Origin: an uncultured Spirochaetota bacterium
GTDB taxonomy: Bacteria > Spirochaetota > UBA4802 > UBA5550
Assembly (NCBI GenBank): GCA_963827275.1
Contig: CAWHAA010000010.1
Coordinates: forward strand, 416,001 to 480,000
Direction: 5' to 3'
DNA: 64,000 bases
Shown: piece after piece, positions 21,095 through 31,553 of the stretch
Numbering within the stretch: the stretch's first letter is position 1
Layout: every line of letters starts with the position of its first letter
Made by a program: the position numbers and the translations under genes
The notes under the pieces: generated by a model
The model's database searches: none
Told to the model about the DNA's origin: nothing
What the model saw: the letters and a program-made list of their open reading frames with translations, nothing else

Positions 21095-22681
21095 CTAGAT
21101 GGCATATGCGCCGCCCCCGTCCCGTTTTTCGCCCGGTTTCAGCTCCGCCGCGCTGTACCTGACCGCCCCGCCCGAAACGACAAGGAGCGGCGACCGCACT
21201 GCGCCGATATCAGCGAGCGGATTGCCGCTCAGGACCGCGAGGTCCGCGCGCATCCCCTTCTGTAACGCGCCGATGGCGTCGGACAGGCCGAGAATGCCCG
21301 CGTTGTTGATGGTCGCGAAGCGGAGGATCTCGTCGTTCCTGAAGCCCGCCCGCGCCATCATTGCCATTTCGCGCACGAGGGACCCGTGGTAATGGAACGG
21401 CACGCCCGAATCCGTGCCGCAGCCGATCCGCACGCCCGCGTTCCTCATCCTGCGCAGGTTCGCCGCGCCGTGTACGAGGACGCCGAAGCATACCTCCGGG
21501 TCGGACATGAACTTACCCTGTTTCGGCATCTCGGCGCACCCCGGGTCCCGGAACCAGACCTTGGTTTCAAGGTTCAGAGCATGCAGGTCCGGATCGTAGC
21601 CGGCGGGAGCGCCCTCCGCCAGGTACTCGTCGCGCAGCGCGAGCTCTTTCTGAATAGAGGGGGTTGAATATTCGCGGGGGAGCACATCATAGCGCTCCCT
21701 GAACGAGACCATCTGCCCGATCAACAGGGTCGGCACGATCGACACCTTTTTCCTGACCATGGTCATTATTTCCGCGTCGCTGACGGCCGCGTCGCTCGTG
21801 ATATGCTCCATCGAATGCACCGGATAGTTCAGCGCCCGCTTCAGCCCGAAGTGCATAAGGCTGTGCACGGCCACGGGCAGGCCGTTCGACTCAGCGAAAT
21901 CAAAGATCGCCGCGAGGTCGTCATCGCTGTATTCGGGTATTTTTCCCCTGCCGCATATCAGCGAGCGGTCGTCCATGGTCAGCTTGATGAACGAGGCGCC
22001 GTTCTCAACGTTCCGCCTCATCGTCTCCATCAGCTCTTTGCGGTTCCGGTAATAGGAATAAATTCTGCCGGTGATCGACTCGGTAATGGGCGCGAAGGCC
22101 GACAGCTCCGTCGGCTTGATGTCGGGGTGCCCCCCGTCTATGTTGGTGAAGGCGTTGCAGTACACCACCCCGGGTCCCGTCAGAGAGCCGCTTGCATAGT
22201 CTGATAGTAACGAGTGCATTAATTTCGGGAAGCACCCCATGTCGCGCACGGTGGTGACACCCGCGTTCACCTGCATCATGCCGTTCCGCTTGATCTGGTC
22301 CAGGTACTTCGTGGCATGCACTGTTTTAAAATAGCCGCACGACTGCAGCGTCAGGTGGCAGTGCGCGTCGATGAGGCCGGGGATCACATGGCGCCCCCCC
22401 AGATTTATCGAGGTATGGACCCGGTCATCGCCGGGACGGTACGGCTCAATCGAACGAATCAGCCCCATCTCGAGGGTGATGGTCCTGTCGGGGAGGACGC
22501 GGCCGGCCGCGACATCGACCACGCTGCAGCGCGTGAGGAGCAGGGGCCTGGCGTAGTCGATCGCCGGCAGCCTGACTGCCGGTGAAGCAGCGCACCCGGA
22601 AACCGCCACACCGGCAAGTGAGGCCGCGGCAATCGCCGCTGACGACGTCTTCAGAAATTCACGCCTCGTGTACGGTTTCAT
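21095..22681 (-). CDS. Metal-dependent amidohydrolase, Tat-exported lipoprotein
   Basis: TRREFLK leader with VSGC; PGLIDAHCH, GVTTVRDMG, VAVH, SMEH, CGTDSG, ADLAVLSGNPL. Confidence 0.88.
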   Translation of the reverse strand: MKPYTRREFLKTSSAAIAAASLAGVAVSGCAASPAVRLPAIDYARPLLLTRCSVVDVAAGRVLPDRTITLEMGLIRSIEPYRPGDDRVHTSINLGGRHVIPGLIDAHCHLTLQSCGYFKTVHATKYLDQIKRNGMMQVNAGVTTVRDMGCFPKLMHSLLSDYASGSLTGPGVVYCNAFTNIDGGHPDIKPTELSAFAPITESITGRIYSYYRNRKELMETMRRNVENGASFIKLTMDDRSLICGRGKIPEYSDDDLAAIFDFAESNGLPVAVHSLMHFGLKRALNYPVHSMEHITSDAAVSDAEIMTMVRKKVSIVPTLLIGQMVSFRERYDVLPREYSTPSIQKELALRDEYLAEGAPAGYDPDLHALNLETKVWFRDPGCAEMPKQGKFMSDPEVCFGVLVHGAANLRRMRNAGVRIGCGTDSGVPFHYHGSLVREMAMMARAGFRNDEILRFATINNAGILGLSDAIGALQKGMRADLAVLSGNPLADIGAVRSPLLVVSGGAVRYSAAELKPGEKRDGGGAYAI

Positions 22682-22756
22682 GTCACTAAAGATCTCCATG
22701 TCTTGAATACCATGCCCGCCCGACGGACGGCGGACGTCTCCGGGGCACAACCGCGA

Positions 22757-23206
22757 TCAGGCCCGTTCATCCCTCACCTTTCGGTACAGGACGAGGATCA
22801 GCACGCCCAGGGGAAAATCCGAAAAAGGTATCAGGAGGTTTGCCAGCGTGTTCCAGCCGTTTTCGGGCCACAGGAACCCCGCGATGAAAAAGCCGGCCCC
22901 GAACAGCGATGAGGTGAACTTTGCCGCCGCCAGCGGCACCGCCATGCGGTAGTTGGCCCTCACGTCACTGTATATGAGGAGGGACAGGACGATGATAGTG
23001 ACCATCATCGAAACCGCGAGGGACACCCAGAATTTACCGGAATCGGCGGCGGGCGGCAGCGAGGGGAAAAGCGACGCCGACACGGCATTCATCGCGGCAA
23101 GCATCGGTCCCGGCACGATGATGAACACCAGCACCGCTGCAATGAACACGAGCGCATAGACCAGGCCCGTGTATTTCAATATTCTTTCTTTTTGTGTCAG
23201 TTCCAT
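22757..23206 (-). CDS. Hypothetical 4-TM membrane protein
   Basis: Four hydrophobic helices; RBS GAAGGA. Confidence 0.75.
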   Translation of the reverse strand: MELTQKERILKYTGLVYALVFIAAVLVFIIVPGPMLAAMNAVSASLFPSLPPAADSGKFWVSLAVSMMVTIIVLSLLIYSDVRANYRMAVPLAAAKFTSSLFGAGFFIAGFLWPENGWNTLANLLIPFSDFPLGVLILVLYRKVRDERA

Positions 23207-23456
23207 ATCCTTCTCTCCCGTTGATGCCAGTGGGATGCATTCATCAACCATACAATAAACCATTTGTCAACAAACAAATTCTCACCCTCGCCGTACCCGC
23301 CGGGAGCGTGATGCATGCCGCGTTACGCACCGGGGACACGCCCGGGAGAAAAAGATGTTGTAGCATTTGAGCGCACCGGGATAATTGGCAGGTGACAGGC
23401 GTCCTTCCCATCCCCCGGACGGACGCGGCGCACCATGAACAGAGGCCATCACCGAA

Positions 23457-24146
23457 ATGAAGCAAAAAAAGATAATGATTATAGCCGATTCCGTATCCAT
23501 GCCGCGGCCCGGCATACGGTACGAGGACACCTGGATATACCTCCTGAAAAAAGAATTCCCGCAGTATGATATTATGGACCGGACCGCCCGGGGAAGCACG
23601 TCCACGCGCCTCGTGACCGAAGGCGGCGGAGGCCTGGATCTCCTGGAAAGCTACATGCCGGACATCGTGATACTCCAGCAGGGCATGGTGGAATGCGTGC
23701 CGCGGCTCTTTGACAAAAGAAGCGCCGAATTCTATCTCGTGAGCAGGGTGATGCCGCCGCGGATCCGGCAGCGCTACATCGAATACGTGAAGAGGAACCG
23801 GGTGCGGAATCCGGAAGTCACGGAGGTTTCCCCGGAGCAGTTCAGGTCCAATATCACTAACTTTTTCACCCGCGCCGGGGCGATATCCGCCCGGTGCATT
23901 GTAATCCCCATCCTGCCCCCGACCGACCTGCACATGCGGAAAAGTCCCCACATAGCGCGCAACGTGGAACGCTATAACGCGATCTACCGTGAAACCGCGG
24001 AATTGTTCCCGGGCGTTACGATAGTCGACCCCTTCAGGAACAAAATCGACATAAACGAACTGTCCGTCGACGAAACGCACATCAACCCCAGGGGCCTGCG
24101 GATGATCTTCGACGGGCTCCTGCCCCTCCTCCGTTCCCTGCCATAA
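23457..24146 (+). CDS. SGNH/GDSL hydrolase
   Basis: IIADSV block I, PDIVILQQG, DETHIN block V. Confidence 0.85.
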   Translation: MKQKKIMIIADSVSMPRPGIRYEDTWIYLLKKEFPQYDIMDRTARGSTSTRLVTEGGGGLDLLESYMPDIVILQQGMVECVPRLFDKRSAEFYLVSRVMPPRIRQRYIEYVKRNRVRNPEVTEVSPEQFRSNITNFFTRAGAISARCIVIPILPPTDLHMRKSPHIARNVERYNAIYRETAELFPGVTIVDPFRNKIDINELSVDETHINPRGLRMIFDGLLPLLRSLP

Positions 24147-24271
24147 TTTCTTCGATTTTAAATCAGTAAATAAATTATTGATTTACTTTTATACTCGCAG
24201 TGTGTAAATTGACTCCAGTATTGCGGCCCCGCATGCGAGCGCTGCAAACAATATGGAGATCCGGGGACACC

Positions 24272-25060
24272 ATGAATCTCAGGAACAAGATCATCATCAT
24301 CATCTCGCTCTGTCTCACCCTCTCGGTCGGAGCGGTCGTTATCATCAACAGGATATTCGACAAAACGGAGGAACAGCTCCTCCGCAAGTGCCAGATCGAG
24401 GCGCTCTTCGGCGCGAAGGTGATGAGCACAATGATGGAGATGCTGATCCATACCAACCAGCTCACCTATGAGCAGATCATGGACACCAATTACGTCGAGA
24501 TCCCGGGCACGGACCCGAAAAAATACACCACGCAATACGACGCGGTGTTCGACAAGACCATACAGAAAATCCAGGACGAGTTCCTCAACGACGAGGATGT
24601 CGTGTTCGCCATCCTGTTCGACCGCAACGGCTACGTGCCGACGCATAACTCGAAGTATTCCCGGCCTCTGGGGAAGGACAGGAATATCAACCTGAATTAC
24701 AGCCGTTCGAAAAGAAATTACGCGAATACGCCCGAAATTAAAGAAGTGCTGAAATACCGGGGCAACGGGACGGTCAAGTACCTCTACACCCGCGACACCG
24801 GTGAGCCGATATGGAACATAGGGGCGCCGGTGCGGCTCCGCGGCGAGATCTGGGGCGCGTTCCTGATAGGCATATCCCCGCACCGGATGGACATCATCAA
24901 CAACCAGATGGTCATCATCACGGTCACCATCATGATCATCATTTTAAGCTTTACGCTTCTGATCCTGCTGGCGGTGATCCCGCAGAAATACCTGCTGGCG
25001 CCGGTCAAATCGGAAGAGTCCCCGGGTACGGAACCCCCGCCCCCGCCTGACGCCCGGTAG
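24272..25060 (+). CDS. Two-TM protein with a chemoreceptor-type (Cache-like) sensor domain and no output domain
   Basis: DTNYVEIPGTDPKKYTTQYD, DRNGYVPTHNSKYS, YTRDTGE, APVRLRGEIWGAF between two TM helices; ends about 25 aa after TM2. Confidence 0.75.
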   Translation: MNLRNKIIIIISLCLTLSVGAVVIINRIFDKTEEQLLRKCQIEALFGAKVMSTMMEMLIHTNQLTYEQIMDTNYVEIPGTDPKKYTTQYDAVFDKTIQKIQDEFLNDEDVVFAILFDRNGYVPTHNSKYSRPLGKDRNINLNYSRSKRNYANTPEIKEVLKYRGNGTVKYLYTRDTGEPIWNIGAPVRLRGEIWGAFLIGISPHRMDIINNQMVIITVTIMIIILSFTLLILLAVIPQKYLLAPVKSEESPGTEPPPPPDAR

Positions 25061-25080
25061 GCGCGGACGCCTGACGCGGA

Positions 25081-25593
25081 TCAATCCATCACCCTGAATA
25101 CCTCCTCAAATGAATCCAGGACCCCGGCGTCAAAGAGGCCGAGCTTGGTGATGCCCGCATGGGTAAAGATGGCGAAGGTGCCCTTCGACCGGGCGCAGAG
25201 CGTCCCGGCGTCGTCGTAGAGCATCCCTTCCAGGATCACCTCCCGCTCGCTGGTTTTCTCTATCACCCGCGCCTCGGCCACTATCGGCCGCTCCGTCCAG
25301 ACCGGCCTGAGGAACTCCACGGTCATCGATTTTGTAAGGATATACCGGCGCAGGAGGCATATCGACGCCCAGCTCATGGCCTCGTCCATCACCGTCGAGA
25401 CGACCCCGCCATGGACGATATCATTCCACCCGCACAGGTGAGCGGGGACCGAAAGGCGCGAGAACACCGCCGAGCCGTCGGTATAAAATTCCATTTTGAG
25501 GCCGTATGGATTCGCCGGTCCGCACCCGAAACAGGGATTGTTCTCGCGGTTCGGCAATTTTCTCATCTGTTCAATGCTCTTCATCGTAATCAT
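25081..25593 (-). CDS. PaaI-family thioesterase
   Basis: CFGCGPANPYGL, VHGGVVSTVMDEAM, VEFLRP. Confidence 0.9.
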   Translation of the reverse strand: MITMKSIEQMRKLPNRENNPCFGCGPANPYGLKMEFYTDGSAVFSRLSVPAHLCGWNDIVHGGVVSTVMDEAMSWASICLLRRYILTKSMTVEFLRPVWTERPIVAEARVIEKTSEREVILEGMLYDDAGTLCARSKGTFAIFTHAGITKLGLFDAGVLDSFEEVFRVMD

Positions 25594-25779
25594 GACACTA
25601 CCCTTTTTGTATAGAACATGCATGTCCCGCTATTTTTTTAAAGGAGCATGCCGCGTCAAGGAACATTTTGATAAAACCGCCGGCCGCGACATCGCATCGT
25701 ATGAGCGATTTATTTGTTTGACATTTTTTTATACTGCGGGGACAAGATAGATAATAACAATCTTCCAAGGAGTCGCGCC

Positions 25780-26544
25780 ATGAGCACCATCACCTATGGA
25801 CTTGAAGGAAAAGTAGCCGTCGTTACCGGCGGCAGCCGCGGCATCGGGCTCGAGATAGCGAAAAAGCTCCTCGAGGAAAAGGCGCGGGTCGTGATATGCG
25901 GCAGGAAGCAGGAAAACCTGGATGCGGCAGCCGCGTCCCTGGGAAATCACGGCAACCTCATGACGGTCGCCGCCCACATCGCCAGGGAGGAGGACGTGGA
26001 CGCCCTCTTCGACCGGGTGATGGAACGATGCGGCGGCCTTGACATCCTGATCAACAATGTCGGCATGAACCTGATGACGCCCTCCACGGCCGACGCCACG
26101 GCCGCCCAGTGGCAGAAGATCATCGAGACCAACCTGACGGGCACCTTTCTCTGCTCAAGGAAAGCGGCATCCATCATGAAGAAAGAGAAACGGGGGGCCA
26201 TCGTGAACGTATCGTCGATAGCGGGACGGAAGGCCTCCCCCGGCATGGGGATCTACGGCATCGCCAAGGCGGGCGTGGAAATGATGACCAGGGTGATGGC
26301 CGCCGAGCTCGCCTCCTTCAATATCCGGGTCAACGCGGTCGCTCCCGCGATGGTGCGCACGGAATTCAGCAAGCCATTCTGGTCGAACAAGGACATCGCC
26401 GACCATGTCGTGCGGGGAATTCCGCTCGGGAGGATCGCCGAGCCGCTCGACGTGGTGCACCCCGTGCTCTTCCTCGCCTCGGACGCCTCCGGTTATATCA
26501 CCGGCCAGACGCTGGTGGTGGACGGCGGCGCAACCGCCGTGTGA
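25780..26544 (+). CDS. Short-chain dehydrogenase/reductase
   Basis: VTGGSRGIG, LINNVG, YGIAK, IRVNAVAP, YITGQTLVVDGG. Confidence 0.93.
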   Translation: MSTITYGLEGKVAVVTGGSRGIGLEIAKKLLEEKARVVICGRKQENLDAAAASLGNHGNLMTVAAHIAREEDVDALFDRVMERCGGLDILINNVGMNLMTPSTADATAAQWQKIIETNLTGTFLCSRKAASIMKKEKRGAIVNVSSIAGRKASPGMGIYGIAKAGVEMMTRVMAAELASFNIRVNAVAPAMVRTEFSKPFWSNKDIADHVVRGIPLGRIAEPLDVVHPVLFLASDASGYITGQTLVVDGGATAV

Positions 26545-26612
26545 CGCAAAGACAGCGACGGCCGGGAGATCTTCCGGCCGTCGCGCGTATTCCGTGGTAT
26601 TTGTGCCCCGCT

Positions 26613-27644
26613 CTATTTCTTCTTGTGAAGATCCTCGAGCCTTGTCTGGATGGAATAATAGGCTTTTTTCGCCTCTTCCCTGACGCTCTTGTTGAGGTCT
26701 TCCTTGGCCTTTTCCAGGGGCTTGAGGCACAATGGGTCAAGGATGTGCTCCAGCGCCTTGACCGCCTCAAGGCGTATGTCATAGTACGGGTCGTTGATCA
26801 TGCGGGCCAGGGTGTTGATCGACCCCTTGTCCCTCATCGATCCGAGGGCCTTGACCGCCTCAAACCGTACGTTTTTATATTCGTCGCTGGTTGCCTTGTG
26901 CACGAGAGGCAGCGCGTCCGCGAACCGGTGCTTCCCGATATAGACGAGCGCGTCCACCTTTGACGCGACGCCTTCGTTCATCCGCTTGACCATCATCATC
27001 AGCGGGGCGTCATTCAGGGCCTTTTTGGCCTTGTCGCTGCCCAACCCCTCGATGATCTCCCTCGCCGCGCGCCGTATCTCAAGCTTGTTGTCGGTGAGGG
27101 AGCCGATGAGGAGGTCAACCGCCTCGTCGGTCTGGATATTGCCCAGCGCCTTGACCGCTTCAAGCCTGATCTGGTGGCGCATATCGTGCAGCTTTTCCTC
27201 GAGGTGTATGATCGACGTGTGGTCGCGCAGCGTCCCCAGCGTCCGGATGGCCTCCAGCTGCACCATCCCCTTCTTGTCGTTAAGGGCAAGGGCTATGATG
27301 GCCGACGAGTCAGGGTCGGTTTTTCCCCGCGATGCCAGGATCCGGAGGGCATCGATCTTATCGTTCTGCGAGCCATCAACCATGATCGCCCGGAGGTCGT
27401 CCAGTATGCCCTCATCCCCGACTTCGGCAAGCTTCAGTATGGCGGTATTTCTGATCCGAACGTCCTTGTCGTTCTTCATGTTGCGAAGGGCGGAGACAAT
27501 GTCGCTGTTTTTCTGCTCTTGGTTTAAAAGGGCTATGAACGCCTTCATCCGTATTTCAGGATTTCTGTTGGTGGTCGCTTTGATAAGGCCGGGGATGTTA
27601 TTTTCACTTATTAGCTTATCAATATTGGGTTTAAATATCGACAT
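26613..27644 (-). CDS. HEAT/PBS-lyase repeat protein
   Basis: Repeated D...VR.EAVKALG units. Confidence 0.88.
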   Translation of the reverse strand: MSIFKPNIDKLISENNIPGLIKATTNRNPEIRMKAFIALLNQEQKNSDIVSALRNMKNDKDVRIRNTAILKLAEVGDEGILDDLRAIMVDGSQNDKIDALRILASRGKTDPDSSAIIALALNDKKGMVQLEAIRTLGTLRDHTSIIHLEEKLHDMRHQIRLEAVKALGNIQTDEAVDLLIGSLTDNKLEIRRAAREIIEGLGSDKAKKALNDAPLMMMVKRMNEGVASKVDALVYIGKHRFADALPLVHKATSDEYKNVRFEAVKALGSMRDKGSINTLARMINDPYYDIRLEAVKALEHILDPLCLKPLEKAKEDLNKSVREEAKKAYYSIQTRLEDLHKKK

Positions 27645-28143
27645 CGTGTATACCATGCCTTATTTTTTTTATTATGGCCAAATTATCATTTACGCCTTAA
27701 ATGTCAATATAAAACAAAAAAATCGAGAAAGAATGCCATGAAACCATAGATTTCCGTGATGGTTTAATAACCGGAATTTGTGATGCGTCCCTGTCGGGGC
27801 TGACACGGGGACCGGCATACCGCCATCTGGTGATGAAACTTTCCGGGACGGCCTGCTCCAGCCAATACCTCCCTGTCATCATCACGCTGATGATTATAAA
27901 GCACCCCCGCACTGATAATATAGTACCGGGACAGCGGGACGGCCAGCCGGGACAGAAAAAAACAGTTATAAAAAAGTCACCCGGGGTGTGATACGTACAA
28001 TGGCGCGTCGACAGGCGGTCGGATAAAATAGTTGTGCGAATAAAATTATTATAGACAATGCGAAGATTATATGCCTCAATTGCATGAAATGTACCGGTAT
28101 CGCCAACGGTTTGGGATGCCGCACCAACTAAACAGAGTTAATT

Positions 28144-28902
28144 ATGAGCCTTCGTAGAAAAATCATACTGGCGATCACATTCAGCCTGTTCTCCTGCCTG
28201 GGATCTTACCTGATCATCACCAAGATCTTCAGCAATCTCGAAAACCAGCTCTATGAAAAGTGCCGTATCGAGGCGATGACGGGCGCCAGGGCCATGAGCG
28301 AGATGATGTATCTCATGATAAACCGGAACATGCTCACCAGAGGGGAAGTTTTTGACACGAACTATATAGAGATCCCCGGCACAAACCCGAAGAAATACCG
28401 CACCCGATACAACGCGGTCTTTGACAAATGGATACAGGATGTCCAGGACCAGTTCCTTTACGATACCGAAGTTGAATTCGCGATCCTGATGGACAAAAAC
28501 GGGTATGTGCCGATCCACAACAGGAAATACTCGCAGCCCCAGACCGGCAACTACGCGCGGGACGTCATCTACAGCAGGTCAAAGCGTAATTTCTATTCCT
28601 ACGAGGGCATTAAAAAGATCCTTGAATATAACGGCGACAGCGCCCACCGGGAACGCTACAACAGGGACACGGGCGAGGTGCTCTGGAATATCGGCGCGCC
28701 GGTACGGCTCTTCGGGGAACAGTGGGGATCGTTTATCATCGGGGTCAACCTGGTCAAGATAGACATGATCAAGAACCAGATGCTGCTGCTCATTATCATC
28801 ACCATGTCCATCATCCTGGTGCTCACCAATCTCGTTATCCTGATGATGATACCGAAGAAATACACCGCGGACACGGATGACGAAGAAAAACTTATTCAAT
28901 AG
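28144..28902 (+). CDS. Two-TM sensor-domain protein without output domain; paralog of 24272-25060
   Basis: DTNYIEIPGTNPKKYRTRY, DKNGYVPIHNRKYS, YNRDTGEVLWNIGAPVRL; same length and topology. Confidence 0.75.
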   Translation: MSLRRKIILAITFSLFSCLGSYLIITKIFSNLENQLYEKCRIEAMTGARAMSEMMYLMINRNMLTRGEVFDTNYIEIPGTNPKKYRTRYNAVFDKWIQDVQDQFLYDTEVEFAILMDKNGYVPIHNRKYSQPQTGNYARDVIYSRSKRNFYSYEGIKKILEYNGDSAHRERYNRDTGEVLWNIGAPVRLFGEQWGSFIIGVNLVKIDMIKNQMLLLIIITMSIILVLTNLVILMMIPKKYTADTDDEEKLIQ

Positions 28903-28948
28903 GCAGGATAACGGGAAAATCACTCTCCGCCGCGCACGCTGAAAACAC

Positions 28949-28977
28949 CAGAACACCCGCTCGTCGCGGGTGTTCTG
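28949..28977. terminator. Hairpin between convergent genes, probable terminator
   Basis: CAGAACACCCGC-TCGTC-GCGGGTGTTCTG, 12-bp perfect stem. Confidence 0.6.
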
Positions 28978-29018
28978 ATATACTGCTGCAGTACAATTAA
29001 CGCGTTACAGTACGGTTT

Positions 29019-29294
29019 TCATTTCGTCCGGTTGGGGTTCATCTCATTCTGCATAAAATAATCGACCGGCCGCATACCGTACACCTTCTGGAAATCATCC
29101 TTGTAGGGGCAGAGATTGCAACCGATTTTTTCAATAACGTTGGTGAGCTTCAGCAGCTGCATTGACGTATCCTTGTCAAGAGCGCTCCTCCCTCCTCCGC
29201 CAAGACCGGTCTCCAGGTACTTCCTCAGCTTCTGAAGCACGCATGCCTTGCATTTTTCGGCATGTTCCCTTACATTTTTAGTGATTAACGCCAT
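29019..29294 (-). CDS. Small hypothetical protein with two CxxC pairs
   Basis: RBS GGGGAGG; CKAC and CNLCP. Confidence 0.7.
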   Translation of the reverse strand: MALITKNVREHAEKCKACVLQKLRKYLETGLGGGGRSALDKDTSMQLLKLTNVIEKIGCNLCPYKDDFQKVYGMRPVDYFMQNEMNPNRTK

Positions 29295-29461
29295 TGTAGC
29301 TTCCTCCCCTTCAATTTACTTAGCGTATATTAATTCGGTTACCATGATAACCGTTTGATACATAATAAAATGAATCTGCATAATTTTCCACTAATATTTT
29401 TTCATTAAAATCATGCCACTATTGATCGGCGATCAATAGTGAACAATTCAGGACAATATGT

Positions 29462-29908
29462 TTAAAGAAAAAAGCGTATTAATTTCGCGATAAAATACGC
29501 GCCGGTAAACAGGAACAACGGTATTGAGGCAAAAAATACCGCCACCTCGCTCGATTTTACCACGCCGGGGTTGAGGACTTTTTTACCGAAAAAATTATAA
29601 TGATAATACTCCGGCATTTTTGACCGCTGGTATATCCTCAGCGCGATCATCATCTGGCTTATGAACATGAGCACCATGATGAAGCCGTTCAGCAGCCACA
29701 TCATAATCGGGAACTTGATTCTCTGGATCTGGTCCGGCTTGTACAACGCCACGAAGATCAGCGCGCCTGACAGGATGACGTTCGTTATCGTCGTGAGAAT
29801 ATATTTCTGCAGCAGTTCCTGATTTCTGGTTTGAATGTACCTGGTCAGGTATAACAGATGGACCGCAAGAGAAAGAAACAGGACCAGAAATAAAATGATA
29901 ATAATCAC
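29462..29908 (-). CDS. Hypothetical 4-TM membrane protein
   Basis: Four hydrophobic helices; YHYNFFGKKVL loop; GTG start with GGGAG upstream. Confidence 0.75.
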   Translation of the reverse strand: MIIIILFLVLFLSLAVHLLYLTRYIQTRNQELLQKYILTTITNVILSGALIFVALYKPDQIQRIKFPIMMWLLNGFIMVLMFISQMMIALRIYQRSKMPEYYHYNFFGKKVLNPGVVKSSEVAVFFASIPLFLFTGAYFIAKLIRFFL

Positions 29909-30216
29909 TCACACGACTCCCGGTAAAGGTGATGCTCTGTAATTTTTGATATATAGATACAGGTCTTCCCTTTGCAAAATTCAAGACACTACCGCTGGTT
30001 TTGGAAAAAAGACTACGAACGACAGAAATTTCATGCCATGAACGACATTTAAAGAAGATAGCCGCATTACACGTGTTTCAAACTCATGATCGCTTATAGC
30101 CGGGAAAGTAATGAAAAAAAGACCCCCTGCGAACGCGTACAATTATAAAACACTACTCGTAAAAAAAGTCAAGTGCAAAGATGAATTTTTTTTATTATTT
30201 GGGCCGGTCGGGTGTT

Positions 30217-30261
30217 AAAAAGAGTTCCTCCCTGGAGGAATTATTCACTCCTCCAGGGAGG
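30217..30261 (-). terminator. Rho-independent terminator (minus strand)
   Basis: 13-bp stem CCTCCCTGGAGGA/TCCTCCAGGGAGG followed by AACTCTTTTT on the minus strand. Confidence 0.7.
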
Positions 30262-30312
30262 GGAAAAGGATATGGAGGGTTTAAATCGGTTATCAACCGT
30301 TAAACTGCAACA

Positions 30313-30660
30313 TTAGTTTTGGACCCGCTCCCGTGAGACCGCGGTCTGTTCATGCAATCGCCGCTTTCTCAGGAAGGTCATACTCATGGCGCCGAGAAGC
30401 ATGACGCCAATGGTCCCAATCGTTATACCGCTTCGCCCCTTTCGGAGGTCACCGCACTGGTAACATCTTCCTGGTCGGTAGTGACCCGTATGAGCGCATG
30501 ATTGAGCGGATTGTTCAACTCATCATATACCCGGTTATAGAACCCCGCATTATGGAGCGTCGTGTACCTGAATTCTCCCGCTGCAAAAGCTCCATGTGTG
30601 CCGGCTGCGATGACAAGGGCGAACAGTAATGAGAAACTCTTACTATCTTTCCTGTATAAG
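30313..30660 (-). pseudogene. Unannotated small secreted, C-terminally anchored protein; frameshifted and no start codon visible
   Basis: SKSFSLLFALVIAAGTHGAFA signal-like segment, then a frame change near 30440 to GITIGTIGVMLLGAMSMTFLRKRR...VQN*; TTGACT-17-TATTAT upstream and a terminator downstream. Confidence 0.55.
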
Positions 30661-30950
30661 ACTAAATTTTAAGAACGTATACAATCATTATAATACAAAT
30701 GGAAGCATAAAAAGTCAATTAAAAATCCCATCCAGATGGGCTCAAATTTGATTTTTTTTAATTTTTTGATTCTATCCCTTTTCATAAAACCAGGCATATT
30801 TTAAGCCTCTATTTCGATAAAAAACTGCATACATGCCAATGAAAGGATGGACTATTTAAAATTATATTGACTCCATGAAAAATCTATACGAGTGGTGATT
30901 CTGTTCTTTAATGAAATAAATGACGATCTTTTCCGGTGTGTTATTGTCTA

Positions 30951-31553
30951 ATGACCGATGATACCAAAACAACAGCCAGATCGAATCAGGAAGATGAGAT
31001 CTTGATACGGGACTTTCTGTCGGATAACGTCAGGGCCTTCGACCGGCTCGTCGTTAAATACCAGGGCCTTGTTTTCAACCTCTGCTTCAGGATTGTCGGG
31101 GATTACGATGACGCAAGCGACTGCGCCCAGGAGACCTTCATAAAAGTGCATAACAACCTGAAAAACTTCGGGTTCCGGTCCAGCTTCACCACCTGGCTCT
31201 ACCGGATCGCCATCAATACGTGCCGCAACACGCTCTCTTCCTCCGGCAGCCGCGCCAGGAAAGCCATGGTGCGCATAGACAGGCCCGGGGAGGCCGGCGC
31301 AGACCCCATCGAGATACACGACTGCTCGTTCGACCCCGGCGCGCTGTTTGAAAAGAACGAAAAGGCGCGGTTGATACACCGGGCCATCGACGCGCTCCCT
31401 GACGATCTGAAAATCCTCGTTGTCCTGAGGGACCTTGAAGGAAACTCCTACGAGGAGATATCGGGCATAACCGGCGTGAACCTGGGAACGGTGAAATCAC
31501 GCCTCGCGCGGGCGCGGCACCTCCTGAGAGAATCATTGCGGGAGGCCCTGTAG
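30951..31553 (+). CDS. ECF RNA polymerase sigma-70 factor
   Basis: DCAQETFIK, FTTWLYRIAINTC, LRDLEGNSYEEI, GTVKSRLARAR. Confidence 0.95.
   Translation: MTDDTKTTARSNQEDEILIRDFLSDNVRAFDRLVVKYQGLVFNLCFRIVGDYDDASDCAQETFIKVHNNLKNFGFRSSFTTWLYRIAINTCRNTLSSSGSRARKAMVRIDRPGEAGADPIEIHDCSFDPGALFEKNEKARLIHRAIDALPDDLKILVVLRDLEGNSYEEISGITGVNLGTVKSRLARARHLLRESLREAL

Noticed and set aside
27740..28140. Riboswitch or ncRNA in the 400-bp divergent intergenic region
   Set aside because: Only scattered short GGGAC motifs; no recognisable aptamer consensus or convincing stems.
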